From Raja brachyura (taxonomy: Eukaryota): 64,000 nucleotides of DNA. Below are positions 13,218 through 25,808 of this stretch, in pieces. Positions within the stretch are counted from its first letter, which is position 1, and every line of letters starts with the position of its first letter. The notes beneath the pieces were generated by a model, which had not been told where the DNA came from, did not search any database, and was given only the letters and a program-made list of their open reading frames with translations. A program made the translations under genes and the position numbers. The stretch is taken from NCBI GenBank assembly GCA_963514005.1, contig OY740804.1, positions 2,294,001-2,358,000 of the forward strand. The letters run 5' to 3'.

Positions 13218-13836
13218 AACCACCCCCTGTGGATCCTTCAAGTGTCTGTGAGTGATGGGGGTGGGATTGTCTCTGTTCTCTGTTCCCCAGTTCAGAAGCC
13301 TGATAGCAGAGGGGAAGAAGCTGTTCCTGAGTCTGGTGGTGCGTGCTTTCAAGCTTCTGTACCTTCTGCTAGACAGGACCAGGGAGAAGGAGGAATGACC
13401 GGGGTGGGACAAGTCTTTGATTTTTTTGGTTGTAGATGGAGTCGCTGGTGGGGAGTGTGGTCCGTGTGATGGACTGGGCTCCATCCACAACTCTGCAATT
13501 TCTTGTGGTCTTGGGCTCAGAGCTGTTCCCAAACCAAACTGTGATGCAACCTGACAGTCTGCTCTCCGTGGTGCATCTGTAGAAGCTTGTGAGAGACATT
13601 AGAGACTTGCCGTATTTCCTTGGTCTCCAAGGAGGTAGATGCATTGGTGTGTCTCCTTGGCTGCCACTTTAATGTTGTTGGTCAACGACAGGTCAAAGCA
13701 ACTTAAAATAAACCAGGCAGGAGCTGAAGAGGCTGCACAGCGACATTGCCCAGTGTGGTGGCAGCAGCTTCAGAGAATGTCATCATGAATCCTACTGAGT
13801 TGCAATAATGTGACCCATTGTTTCACCCACAGGAGC

Positions 13837-14346
13837 ATGGGACTGCAGAGATGGATAGGATTCATAGTCCTTGTGGAGATGGTGTGGCAAGTCTCTGGAA
13901 CTGGAACAGGTCCGATCTCCAGAGAATGGGGAGAGGAAGCAAACTTGCCCGGGTGGAACGCACGGGTTCCTCGGCAAGTCAACAAACAAGAAACTCCAGA
14001 ATGCGGTGTTAAGCCAGATTTGACCAAGATGACGGAGATGACGGCACGCAAGGGTGGTTCTGCTACGCTACCCTGTGAAGTACCCACAGGGAAGGATGGA
14101 CCCACGCATTTTGTGGTCACCTGGAGGAAAGGGAAGGGGACACTGGGCGTGTTTACTAAAGGGAAAGGTCCAATCTATCCAGGGGGTGCCGGCCGCTGGA
14201 AGTTCATGAAACCAAACGTGGCTGAGACACGGGATGCCTCGTTGATCGTCACGGGTTTACGCGAGACTGATGCTGGGATGTATTCCTGTGCTTGGTTCAC
14301 TAGCCAAGGGGAATGTAGACTAAATGTCAAGCTGGCAGTGAAGTGA
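13837..14346 (+). CDS. Secreted single Ig V-type domain protein, copy 2 (169 aa; single coding exon)
   Basis: True start MGLQRW at 13837 after acceptor cacccacag (13831-13832). RVPR propeptide end; GGSATLPC, VTWRK, DASLIV, DAGMYSC. Confidence 0.85.
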   Translation: MGLQRWIGFIVLVEMVWQVSGTGTGPISREWGEEANLPGWNARVPRQVNKQETPECGVKPDLTKMTEMTARKGGSATLPCEVPTGKDGPTHFVVTWRKGKGTLGVFTKGKGPIYPGGAGRWKFMKPNVAETRDASLIVTGLRETDAGMYSCAWFTSQGECRLNVKLAVK

Positions 14347-15079
14347 AACCTCCCACTGATTCAGCACAGACCCCTCCAAGTGTCAGGAGCAACAGGCAGT
14401 GGCAGGTCAGCACAAACACAATAACATCCTTCATTATAAACTTGACACACTTAGGCCAACAACAGCATTATATATTGTAGTCACTGAATTCATCATGAGG
14501 GGAATAGAGGGGTGGACACTAAGCATCTTTTACCTGGGGTACGGGAATCAAGAACCAAGGGACATACATTTAAGGTGAGAGGGGCAAGATTTAATAGGAA
14601 CCTGAGGGGCAATATTTTCACTCATGGGGTGGTGGGTTTATGGAACTGTCCGGTGGGGCGGGAACAATAACAATATTTAATACACACTTGGTACAGGGAA
14701 AGGTTTAGGGGGATATGGGGTGAACGCAGTGCAATGGGACAGACCCTGCTTGCACGGGTAAATGTACCATTAATGGAAATAAACTCTGTTGAAGACAGCC
14801 GGTGGTGTGAGTGATTCTTTGTACGCCAGCATTGAAGTTGGGTGTGAACTTTGTTCAACTCTTGCTCACTACGGGCAGCATCGCCGGGTTCTATGAGCTG
14901 TGTCCATTATTGGTCATGACCACACGGGGACGGAACAACATGTGGAAAATCAGGAGTCTGCAGATGTTGCGAACAGGGACAAAAGTAAAGGGGAATGTTT
15001 TTCAGGAACAAAACAGGAACAAAAGTAAAGGCAGATGACACAACAGTAGGCGGGTTTGCAGATAGTGGAGTTGGTTGAT

Positions 15080-15572
15080 TGGCACCAGACTGATTCCTGG
15101 GATGTCAGGACTTTCATATGAGGAAAGATTGGATAGACTCGGTTTGTACTCGATGGAATTTAGAAGATTGAGGGGGGATCTTATAGAAACCTACAAAATT
15201 CTTAAGGGGTTGGACAAGCTAGATGCTGGAAGATTGTTCCCGATGTTGGGGGAGTCCAGAACAAGGGGTCGCAGTCTAAGGATAAGGGGGAATTCCTTTA
15301 GGACCGAAATGAGGAAAACATTCTTTACACAGAGAGTGGTGAGTCTCTGGAATTCTCTGCCACAGAAGGTAGTTGAGGCCAGTTCATTGGCTATATTTAA
15401 GAGGGCGTTAGATGTGGCACTTGTGGCTAAAGGGATCAGGGGGTATGGAGAGAAGGCAGGTACGGGATACTGAGTTGGATGATCAGCCATGATCACATTG
15501 AATGGCGGTGCAGGCTCGAAGGGCCGAATGGCCTACTCCTGCACCTATTTTCTATGTTTCTATGTTTCTATG
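15080..15572 (+). mobile_element. CR1 LINE 3' fragment
   Basis: LSYEERL...RLRGDLIETYKI...FFTQRVV C-terminus and (TTTCTATG)n tail. Confidence 0.85.
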
Positions 15573-16152
15573 GTTGTGAAAAATTGCAGCAGGATATTGA
15601 AATATTGGCCAAGTGGGCTGAGGAACGGTTGATGGAATTTACTACAGAGTAATGTGAGGTGTTGTATTTGGGGGGAGTCCAACATGTGCAGGACCTACAC
15701 AGTGAATGGCCCGGCTCTGGGGAGTGTTGTAGAGCAGAGGGATCTATGAGTGAAGGTGCATGGTTCCTTGAAGATGCAGTCGCAGGTGGGTAGGGTGGTC
15801 AAAAAGGCTTTTAGCACATTGGCCTTCATCAGTCAGAGTATTCAGTATGGAGGTTGGGAGGTCATCTTGCAGCTGCAGAAGATTGGTGAGGCCACATTTA
15901 GATCCCAATGTTTCATAAACAGTTGGACAGGTACATGGATAGGACAGGTTTGGAGGGATATGGAACAAACACAGGCAGGTGAGACTATTGTAGCTGGGGC
16001 ATGTTGGCCAGTGTGGGCAAGTTGGGCTGAAGGGCCTGTTTCCACGCTGTATCACTCTGTGACTACTACACTATGACATTAAATAAATAATGATTATAAA
16101 ATGAAACTCCACATAAATCTCACCTTCTCCTCTGGCTGTATACACAGCACAC

Positions 16153-16242
16153 TCATTGACTGCAGCAGATACAATGAATGTCACACTGGTGGTACCAGGG
16201 CACCTCTGGAAAATGTTCTTCTCAAGATGTGATTGAGAAGAC
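16153..16242 (-). pseudogene. Frameshifted CBM14 remnant, copy 2
   Basis: Near-identical to 11398-11487; ends DIHCICCSQ* and retains the CxCC motif. Confidence 0.6.
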
Positions 16243-16399
16243 GGTGTAACATAGAACATGGAACAGTACAGCACAGGAACAGGCCCTTCGGCCCCCAATG
16301 TCCGTGCTGAACATGATCACCATGGAAAATTGGTTCTGACTGTCTACCCTATCTGTATCTCATACTTTTATAACTTGTGCAAGAGGCCAATGCAAGGGA

Positions 16400-19300
16400 C
16401 CCCATCCACGCTACTAGTTACATCCTCGAAAAATTCCACAAGATTCGTCAGACATGATTTACCTTTCGTAAATCCATGCTGACTTTGTCCAATGATTTCA
16501 CCACTTTCCAAATGTGCTGCTATCCCATCTTTAATAACTGACTCTAGCAGTTTCCCCACTACCGATGTTAGACTAACTGGTCTGTAATTCCCCGTTTTCT
16601 CTCTCCCCCCCTTCTTAAAAAGAGGGGTTACGTTTGCTACCTGCCAATCCTCAGGAACTACTCCAGAATCTAAAGAGTTTTGAAAGATTATCACTAATGC
16701 ATCCACTATTTCCAGAGCTATTTCCTTAAGTACTCTGGGATGCAGCCTATCTGGCCCTGGGGATTTATCGGCCTTTAATCCATTCAATTTACCCAACACC
16801 ACTTCCCGACTAACCTGGATTTCACTCAAGTACTCCTTTGACCCGCGGTCCCCTGCTATTTCCGGCAGATTATTTATGTCTTCCTTAGTGAAGACGGAAC
16901 CAAAGTAGTTATTCAATTGGTCAGCCATATCCTTGTTCCCCATGATCAACTCACCTGTTTCTGACTGCAAGGGACCTACATTTGTTTTAACTAATCTCTT
17001 TCTCTTCACATATCTGTAAAAACTTTTGCAGTCAGTTTTTATGTTCCCTGCCAGTTTTCTTTCATAATCTATTTTTCCTTTCCTAATCAAGCCCTTTGTC
17101 CTTCTCTGCTGGTCTCTGAATTTCTCCCAGTCCTCTGGTATGCTGCTTTTTCTGGCTACTTTGTACGCATCATCCTTTGCTTTGATACTATCCCTGATTT
17201 CCCTTGTTATCCACGGATGCACTACCTTCCCTGATCTATTCTTTTGCCAAATTGGGATGAACAATTTTTGTAGTTCATCCATGCAGTCTTTAAATGTCTT
17301 CCATTGTGTATCCACCGTCAACCCTTTTAGAATTGATTGCCAGTCAATATTGGCCAATTCACGTCTCATACCCTCAAAGTTACCTTTCCTTAAGTTCAGA
17401 ACCATTGTTTCTGAATTAACAATGTCACTCTTCATCCTAATGAAGAACTCGACCATATTATGGTCACTCTTGCCCAAGGGGGCACGCACAATAAGACTCC
17501 TAACTAACCCTTCCTCATTACTCAATACCCAGTCTAAAATAGCCTGCTCTCTCGTTGGTTCCTCTACATGTTGATTTAGATAACTATCCCTCATACTTTC
17601 CAAAAAATCCTCTTCCTCAGCGCCTGCCAATTTGATTCACCCAATCTATATGTGGATTGAAGTCACCCATTATAACTGTTTTGCCTTTGTCGCACGCATT
17701 TCTAATTTCCTGTTTTATACCATCCCCAACTTCACTACTACTGTTAGGTGGCCTGCACACAACTCCCACTAGCGTTTTCTGCCCCTTATTGTTTCGCAGC
17801 TCTACCCATACCGATTCCACATGCTCCAAGCTAATGTCCTTCCTTTCCATTGCGTTAATCTCCTCTCTAACCAGCAACGCTACCCCACCTCCTTTTCCTT
17901 TCTCTCTATCCCTCCTGAATATTGAATATCCCTGGATGTTCAGCTCCCAGCCTTGGTCACCCTGGAGCCATGTCTCCGTGATCCCAACTATATCATACTC
18001 ATTAATAGCTATCTGCACGTTCAACTCATCCACCTTATTACGAATACTCCTTGCATTGAGACACAAAGCCTTCAGACTTGTTTTTACATCCCTTTTTTTC
18101 CCTATATCGTTGGTGCCAATATGCACCACGACAACTGGCTGTTCACCCTCCCCCTCCAGAATGTTCTGCAGCCGTTCAGTAACATCCCTGACCTTTGCAG
18201 CAGGGAGGCAACATACCATCCTGGAGTCTCTTTTGCGTCCGCAGAAACGCCTATCTATTCCCCTGACAATTGAATCCCCTATTACAATAGCCCTTCCCCT
18301 CTTTTTTCCCCCATCATGTGCTGCAGAGCCACCCATGGTGCCATGAACGTGGCTGCTGCTGCATTCCCCTGATGAGCCATCTCCCTCAACAGTATCCAAA
18401 ATGGTAAACCTGTTGAGTAGGGAGATGACCGCAGGGGACTCCGGCACCACCTGCCTACTGCTTTGCTGGCTATTGGCCACCCGCTCCCTTTCTGTCCTCT
18501 TACCTTTTACCTGTGGCATGACCAACTTGCTGTATGTGCTGTCCACAACTTTCTCTGCGTCGTGGATGCTCCAGTATGAATCCAGCCGCAGCTCCAATCG
18601 TTCAATGCTTTTTTAATTTTTTTAAATTTCAAAATAGACTTTATTAAAGTAATTAATATATACAGCACATCAACCGTGCGAAAAATCCATCCGACATTTT
18701 CGGAGGCACTATAAATTGTTCCATACAGTCTATACACATTTTTTCAAATTTCGCGAATCGATCCCCCACCCGTGCCACTCATGTGGCCACTGGCATGGGT
18801 TATCTTCCTTTATTTTGAGGGGCGTCCCCACCATACCGTGCCCCCCATGTCCAGCAGCGGAAGGACCTTAGACTGTGGCCCTCCCCCACCGAGCCTTGGC
18901 GTTGGCTGCACAGGGAGCTTCAGTGCGTCCCTCAGCACGTACTCCTGCAGTCTGCAGTGGGCCAGTCGGCAACATTCCCCGACGGACATCTCGCTCTGCT
19001 GGGTGGTGAACAAAGCTCGGGCAGACCAGAGAGCGTCTTTCACCGAGTTGATAACCCTCCAGCAGCACTTGATATCAGTCTCTGAATGTGTCCCTGGGAA
19101 CAGTCCGTAAATCACAGAGTCCTCTGTGACGGAGCTGTTTGGAATAAAGCGTACCAGGGACCCTTGCATTTTTCTCCAGACTCTTTGGGCAAATCCACAC
19201 TCTGCAAAGAGGTGGGCAACCGTCTCCACTCCATAGCAGCCGTCCCGAGGGCAGCATGCAATGCGGTCTGCCAGGAGCTGCAGCTGGACACACTTCCTGC

Positions 19301-19620
19301 AAACGTAGTCACCAGGGACACCGACCATATCCCTGATCTCCCACATGTTGCAGGCTGAGCAAGGCACGGGACCAATCTCCACTGACACCTTACTCTATTA
19401 AATATATATATTTTTTAAATTTATTTTTTATTAAACACAAAACTTTATTCTTTAAACTTTACTAATAAATACTAATAAATATTGAATCCCTAACACCCAG
19501 AATCCTTAGCTCCCAGAATCCTTAAACCTGTAGGCAGAAATGTAGAAATGTAAATCCCGGGTTGCAGCCAATCAGCTGCTTCCTCTGGTCCTCTTCATCA
19601 GCCTCACGTGCGGCACTTTA
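16400..19620 (-). mobile_element. CR1-clade LINE, internally deleted and 3'-truncated
   Basis: ORF1 Cys-rich start (CSACNMW...CRKC) and SGNH esterase (IGDSIVRG, HIGTND) fused by deletion to the ORF2 APE (CLNARS, ITETW, MGDFN, SDH) and RT start (KSPGPD, NYRPVSLTS, QHGF). Confidence 0.9.
18609..19258 (-). mobile_element. 5'-truncated L1/Tx1-type LINE inserted into CR1 ORF1
   Basis: C-terminal CCHC motif (CPRDGC..ETVAHLFAEC), A-rich tail at ~18609-18630, TSD CAATGC (18603-18608 and 19259-19264). Confidence 0.8.
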
Positions 19621-21209
19621 TCAAAGGCTTCCGAAGGGGACTTCCGAACCAGGGTCACAGTTTAAGAATAAGGGGTTAGGCCATTTCGGACTGAGATGAG
19701 GAAAGAAATAACCACCCAGAGAGTTCTGAATCTGTGGAATTCTCAGACACAGAAGGCAGTGGAGGCCAATTCACTGGATGGTTTCAAGAGAGAGTTAGAT
19801 TTAGCTCTTGGGGCTAACGGAATCAAGGGATATGAGCAAAAAGCAGGAACGGGGCACTGATTTTGGATGATCAGCCATGATCATATTGAATGGCGGTGCT
19901 GGCTCGAAGGGCCAAATGGATTACTCCTCGGCCTATTTTCTATGTTTCTGTGACTCGCAGGAGCCACAACGAGGATGTGTGGGGCACGTTGTCAACTGTT
20001 GGGACATCTTTGATGACCACAATCTCGTTAGTAATTAACGGCGGCTGACTAGCGACCACACAGAGACAATTCTGGGCACCACTCTGTGAACACCAATGTT
20101 TGCTTGACACCAGTTTGTATTGGGGTAGCATAGCTGTAGAGTTACTGCCTCACAGTGCCAGACACCCGGGTTCGATTATGACTACGGGTGCTGACTACTC
20201 GTGACAGCGGCCAGAATCACCAGAAGAGAAATACCAATTACTAGAGGACGTCAGACAGACAGTTCGAGTAGATCATCAGAACAATTTTCCAAGGGTGGGA
20301 ATGTAAAGGACTAGTGGGCAGAGCTTTAAGGTGAGAGGGGCAAAGTTTAAATGAGATGTGTGCGGCAAGTTTTTTTTACACGGAGAGTGATGGGGCCCTG
20401 GAACGCGCTGCCAGGGGCGGTGGTGGAGACAGATACGATAGTGGTGTTTAAGAGGCTTTTAGATTGGCACATGGATATGTAGGGAATGGAGGGATACGGG
20501 TCACGTGCAGGCAGAGGGGATTAGTTTAACCTGTCTGCAGGTGAATGGTGGAATCTGGGAGAAATTGAAAACCATATAGAGAGAGTAAAGTTGGATTAGA
20601 TTAGTGTAGGATTAGTGTAAATGGATGGCTGATGGATGGCATGGACACAAGGGTTCTGTGTCTATCTGAAAACAAGATTGTGCAAAAGCTTGAAAGGTAA
20701 GTAACTGCATGAGACTGTGACATTCATACTGATGTGATCCTTCCCTCTGGAAGGCGACTCCGGACTGTCAAAGCTCAACAGCTTTTTTTCCCCATGAGCA
20801 GTAGCTCTACTCAGCACCCAGAAATCTGTAGCCTCCTTGTGCTCTGGTATTCTATGTCATTCTTCACATGTTTAAATTGTAATGTTTCATTCCTAATTGT
20901 TAACTGCATATTGTGTTGTTACTTGCGAGCAAAGCACCGAGTCAAATTCTTGTATATATACATACTTGGCTAATTACAGTTATTCAATTCAATTCATAGC
21001 AACAGAAATTGCTGACTTTAATTGATAAACTGTTTATCAGGATGAGGGGAATTTTGAAGGATGAGGGGGTGGGGACCTCATAGAAACTTACCGATTAGTT
21101 TAAAGACCTGGGCAGAGTGGATGTGGAGAGGATGTTGCCATTATTTACGGAGTCCAGGACCAGAGGGCACAGTCTCAGAATAAAAGTAAGTACCTTTAGG
21201 AAGGAGATG

Positions 21210-22090
21210 TGACCTGGACAGGTTGTGTGAGTGGGCAGATGCGTGGCAGATGCAGTATAATATAGATAAATGTGAGGTTATCCACTTTGGCGGCAAAAAA
21301 AGGGGGCAGATTATTAACTCAATGGGGTTAGGTTAGGTAAGAGGGAGGTGCAGCGAGACATGGGCGTCCTTGTACACCGGTCACTGAAGGTTGGCGTGCA
21401 GGTACAGCAGGCAGTGAAGAAAGCTAATGGAATGTTGGCCTTCATAGCAAGAGGATTTCAGTATAGGAGTAAAGAGGTTCTTCTGCAGTTGTGTAGGGCT
21501 CTGGTGAGACCACATCTGGAGTATTGTGTACAGTTTTGGTCTCCTAATTTGAGGAAGGACATCCTTGTGATTGAGGCAGTGCAGTGTAGGTTCACGAGAC
21601 TGATCACTGGGATGGCGGGACTGTCATATGAGGAAAGATTGAAAAGACTAGGCTTGTATTCACTTGAGTTTAGAAGGATGATGGGGAATCTTATAGAAAC
21701 ATATAAAATTATAAAAGGACTGGACAAGCTAGATGCAGGAAAATGTTCCCAATGTTGGACGAGTCCAGAACCAGGGGCCACAGTCTTAGAATAAAGGGGA
21801 AGCCATTTGAGATTGAGGTGAGAAAAAACGTTTTCACCCTGAGAGTTGAGAATTTGTGGGATTCCCTGCCACAGAGGCCAGTGGAGGCCAAGTCACTGGA
21901 TTGATTTAAGAGAGAGTTAGCTAGAGCTCTAGGGGCTAGTGGAGTCAAGGTATATGGGGAGAAGGCAGGCACGGGTTAATTGATTGGGGATGATCAGCCA
22001 TGATCACAATGAAACGTGGTGCTGGCTTGAAGGGCTGAATGGCCTCCTCCTGCACCTATTTTCTACGTTTCTATGTTACTATGTTTCTAT
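21210..22090 (+). mobile_element. CR1 LINE 3' fragment
   Basis: LVRPHLEYCVQFWSP motif and CR1 3' UTR. Confidence 0.85.
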
Positions 22091-22359
22091 GAGATGAGGA
22101 GGAATTTCCTTAGTCAGAGGGTGGTGAATCTGTGGAAGTCATTGCCACAGACGGCCGTGGAGGCCAAGTCATTGAGTATTTTGAAAGTGGAAATTGACAG
22201 CTTGATTAGTGCGGATGTCAGAGATTATGGGGAGGAGGCAGGAGAATGGGGTTGAGAGGGAGAGACAGATCAGCCATGTAGACTTGATGGGGCAAATGGC
22301 CTAATTCTGATCCTGGAACTGATGTACATGAACAGACACAAAGTACGCTGTTATATGCT

Positions 22360-22455
22360 TAAAATTATGACTTTATTTTATTGTTTTGACAGTAACAATT
22401 ATCTTTGTGATGAACAATCGATGGTGGAAGTTCCGAATTGTTTGTCGACCACAGT
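22360..22455 (-). other. Probable non-coding terminal (3' UTR) exon of the chitinase gene with poly(A) signals
   Basis: Strong donor AAG|GTGAGA 9 nt after the stop codon (exon end 25800). Acceptor tctttctgttgcag at 22456-22457 in non-repetitive sequence, followed by two overlapping AATAAA (22372-22382). Confidence 0.55.
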
Positions 22456-23194
22456 CTGCAACAGAAAGATCATCTTAGATTTCTCAAAACCAGGAAGGAT
22501 GTCTACACATCAGATCAAAAACAATATCTTAAGTACATATTTATATTTAAGTTCTAGTTTAGTTTATTATTGTCACGTGTACCGAGGTGCAGTGAAAAGT
22601 TTAATGTGTGCGTGCTATCCTGTCAGCGGAAAGACTACACATGATTACAGTCGAGCCGCCCACAGTGTACAGATACAGGATGAAGGGGTTAACGTTCTGT
22701 GCGAGGTAAAGTCCAGTAAAGTCCAATCAGGGATAGTCCAAAGAGTGATGGGGATACACAGCAGGGAGACAGGCCGTTCAGTGCATACCTGACCCTCACT
22801 CATTTCCCCAACATTCCCATCAGTTCTCCCCAGATTCCAACCCTCACCTACACACAAGGTGCAATTTACAGAGGGCCTGTCAACCTACAACCCTGCGCGA
22901 CTTTGGAATGTGGGAGGAAACCGGAGCTCCTGGAGAAAAACCCACGCAGTCACAGGAGAACGTGCAAACTCCGTCACCCAGAGAGTTGTGAATCTGTGGA
23001 ATTCTCTGCCGCAGAAGGCAGTGGAGGACAATTCACTGGATACTTTCATGGGAGAGTTGGAAATAGCTATTTGGGCCAGGGGTCCAGTGCTGCCGGAGGG
23101 CACCCCTGTAAAAAAAACACCAAAATAATGGGGAATTTTAATGAGCAGGTGTGTGGTCGAGGTAACCTGATTAAAAGAGGGGGAAGGGAAAGAC

Positions 23195-23938
23195 CCTTCA
23201 CTACTGATGGGTTTTCAATCACTACTGATGGGTCTTCCCTATAGGGGGGTTGGGGGGTGGAGCACTAGGACCCAGCAGAATCGTCACTACTGATGGGTCT
23301 TTCCTATAGGAATGTGGGTTTGGGGGGGCACTAGGACCCAGCAGAGTCATCATCAAAATTATAGAGCTCTCTTTGATCTTTGGTCATCACCACTGATGGG
23401 TCTTCCCTATGGAGGGGAGGAGGGGGGCACTAGGACCCAGCAGAGTCATCACCACTGATGGGTCTTCCCTATAGGAGTGTGGGTTTGGGGGGGCATTAGG
23501 ACCAAGCAGAGTCATCACCACTGATGGGTCTTCCCTATAGAGGGGAGGGGGGGCACTAGGACCCAGCAGAGTCATCACCCCTGATGGGTCTTCCCTAAAG
23601 AGGGGAGGGGGGGCACTAGGACCCAGCAGAGTCATCACCACTGATGGGTCTTCCCTATAGAGGGGAGGGGAGGGCACTAGGACCCAGCAGAGTCATCACC
23701 CCTGATGGGTCTTCCCTATAGGAGTGTGGGTTTGGGGGGGCATTAGGACCCAGCAGAGTCATCACCACTGATGGGTCTTCCCTATAGAGGGGAGGGGGGG
23801 CACTAGGACCCAGCAGAGTCATCACCCCTGATAGGTCTTCCCTATAGAGGGGAGGGGGGGGCACTAGGACCCAGCAGAGTCATCACTACTGATCGGTATT
23901 CCCTATAGGGGAGTGGGAGGGGGGGGGGGGGGCACTAG
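23195..23938. repeat. G-rich ~60-bp minisatellite, ~11 units
   Basis: Unit GCACTAGGACCCAGCAGAGTCATCACCACTGATGGGTCTTCCCTATAG plus a variable G-rich spacer. Confidence 0.95.
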
Positions 23939-25317
23939 ATGGCCATTTAGGCAGTGGGTGTTGTTGCTGCTCCTGGTGGTGGCCATCTCCGCCTCATGAG
24001 GGTGAGCGTATGTCGATGTAGCAACGTTACGAAATTTTGAGATTTAAAAAAATCAAGTCTGCAATTTATCCCATCAGATAAAGCATAAAAATAAGTTTAA
24101 TTTGACACCTAATTCATTTTCATATCTTCAGTATTAAAAAGGTTATGGCCATTTTCATACTCTGAAATTAGCATCTTGTTCCCTATTGCTTTTCCATCCA
24201 CTTAACACAAAAACTGTGATTAAGGACAGTCAAAAGCCCATAACTTTTTTTTTTAATTAAGAGAGCTGAGTGAATTTTTCAGTTTTTATAGATTGAAGCA
24301 TTCAGAAACAAATATGAAACACTCTTACTTGGATGACCTGAAATTAAAACATATAATTAGTTAGTTACCTAATTGTAGCTAATTACAAAATTCAATTACT
24401 AGATCTAAACATCTATCCATTTCTTAAGAAAAGGTTAACATTTAAAAAAAAGCCTAAGTGTCCAGATAACATTCATACAAGAATTCACAATATAACATGA
24501 TTTTTTAATCTCATTGTTATGAATTTATAGGTCAAATGGAAGGAATTTAGTGTTTAATTCCCGTAAATTAATGGCCATTTAAATCAACTTGCGAGTGGGT
24601 TTTTGTGGAACGCGATGGATTGGAACATTGCGGTTTGCGGTGAATTTAACCCCCAGTCGGCAGGAAAAATACTGCCAGTTCGTATATTTTTAAAGACACC
24701 TTTTCGCAACATGAAATTTTGATTAAAGGCTTCCTAAGAAGCACATTTTTATGTAAAAATAAACCGTGTATTTTCTTTTGCCCCTACGTAAGATCTGTCC
24801 CGTTGTCAGCGTTCACGGATTTAGGAGATGATTTTTAATTCACTCTAGCAATTAAATTATTCAGCGCATTTTAAAAATACCTCCATAAAACAAATGTCGG
24901 AGCGATTTCTCTTCAGCAATTAAATCCCCTGAGATTAATCGATTTGAATGATCTGGAGTAAAGGGCATTTAAAACCCACCCCCCTCTCAAAGGCACCAAA
25001 GTCGCGCACATGGGCAGCGAAAGAACAGCAGCGCCGCTGAAGGTAAGCTTTGTAACATACATAGTCAGTGTGTGTCAGTGGGTGAGAGTGTGTGTGTGGG
25101 CCGAATAGCCTACTCCCGTACCTATTTTTTTCTAACTCCACACATAGACAGCTCCAGTAGTCAGGATTGAACCCGTATCTCTGGAGCTGCGAGGCAGAGG
25201 CTCGACCCGCTGCACGGCTACATTCTCTGGAGCATTTTATGGAATGGTCGCCTGTTTCCTGGCCTGTTGGTTCCCTTGCCCACCGCCACCACCACAGTCT
25301 TCACCCAGAAAAGAGGT

Positions 25318-25610
25318 GGCACGGTGGTGCAGCGGCAGACACACCACTTGCGTGTCTTACAACGCCATAGACCCGGGTTCCATCCTGACCTCGGGTGCTG
25401 TCTGCACAGAGTTTACACGTTCTCACTGTGACCGCGTGGGTTTTCTCCGGGTGCTCCGGTTTCCTCCCACATTCCAAAATCATACAGGTTTGTCAGTTAA
25501 TTGGCTTCTGTAAATTGTAAACTGTCCCTAGTGTGTTGGATAGTGCTAGTGATCGCTAGTTGGTGTGGACTCGATGGGCCGAAAGGCCTGTTTTCGCGCT
25601 GTATCTCTAT
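25318..25610 (+). mobile_element. tRNA-derived HE1/V-SINE-like SINE (representative; others at ~1430, 12060, 30230, 31250, 33050, 34887, 36680, 40245, 41160)
   Basis: A-box GGTGGTGCAGCGG, B-box GGTTCCATCC, central GGGTTTTCTCCGGGTGCTCCGGTTTCCTCCCAC domain and CR1-like tail. Confidence 0.75.
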
Positions 25611-25808
25611 AGACTAGAGGTGAAAATACAATGACCAATGAACGTTTTGGGTGGCCAATCACATACTACTCTTGTGTTTCTTACCCCACGAGCATTAGGG
25701 TCAAGTAGGGTCAGTATGGACTTGTTGGGCTGAAGGGCTGGTTCAGAGATGTATGACTCGATGCCCAGTATAGAGTGTGAGGTAGGTAAGCAGTCTCACC
25801 TTCTGCCA

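Noticed and set aside
14340-14400. IgV ORFs as rearranging Ig/TCR/IgNAR V segments
   Set aside because: No CACAGTG heptamer/nonamer RSS after the V, no leader intron, no J or C segments; the domain is complete and ends in a stop.
17140-18346. Plus-strand ORFs of 144 and 229 aa
   Set aside because: Antisense shadows of the CR1 ORF2.
17617-18597. Novel esterase-endonuclease fusion gene
   Set aside because: Explained by an internal deletion joining CR1 ORF1 (SGNH) to ORF2 (APE).
23195-23938. CRISPR-like array (constant repeat plus variable spacer)
   Set aside because: Spacers are short recurring G-runs rather than unique sequences, the context is vertebrate, and there are no cas genes.
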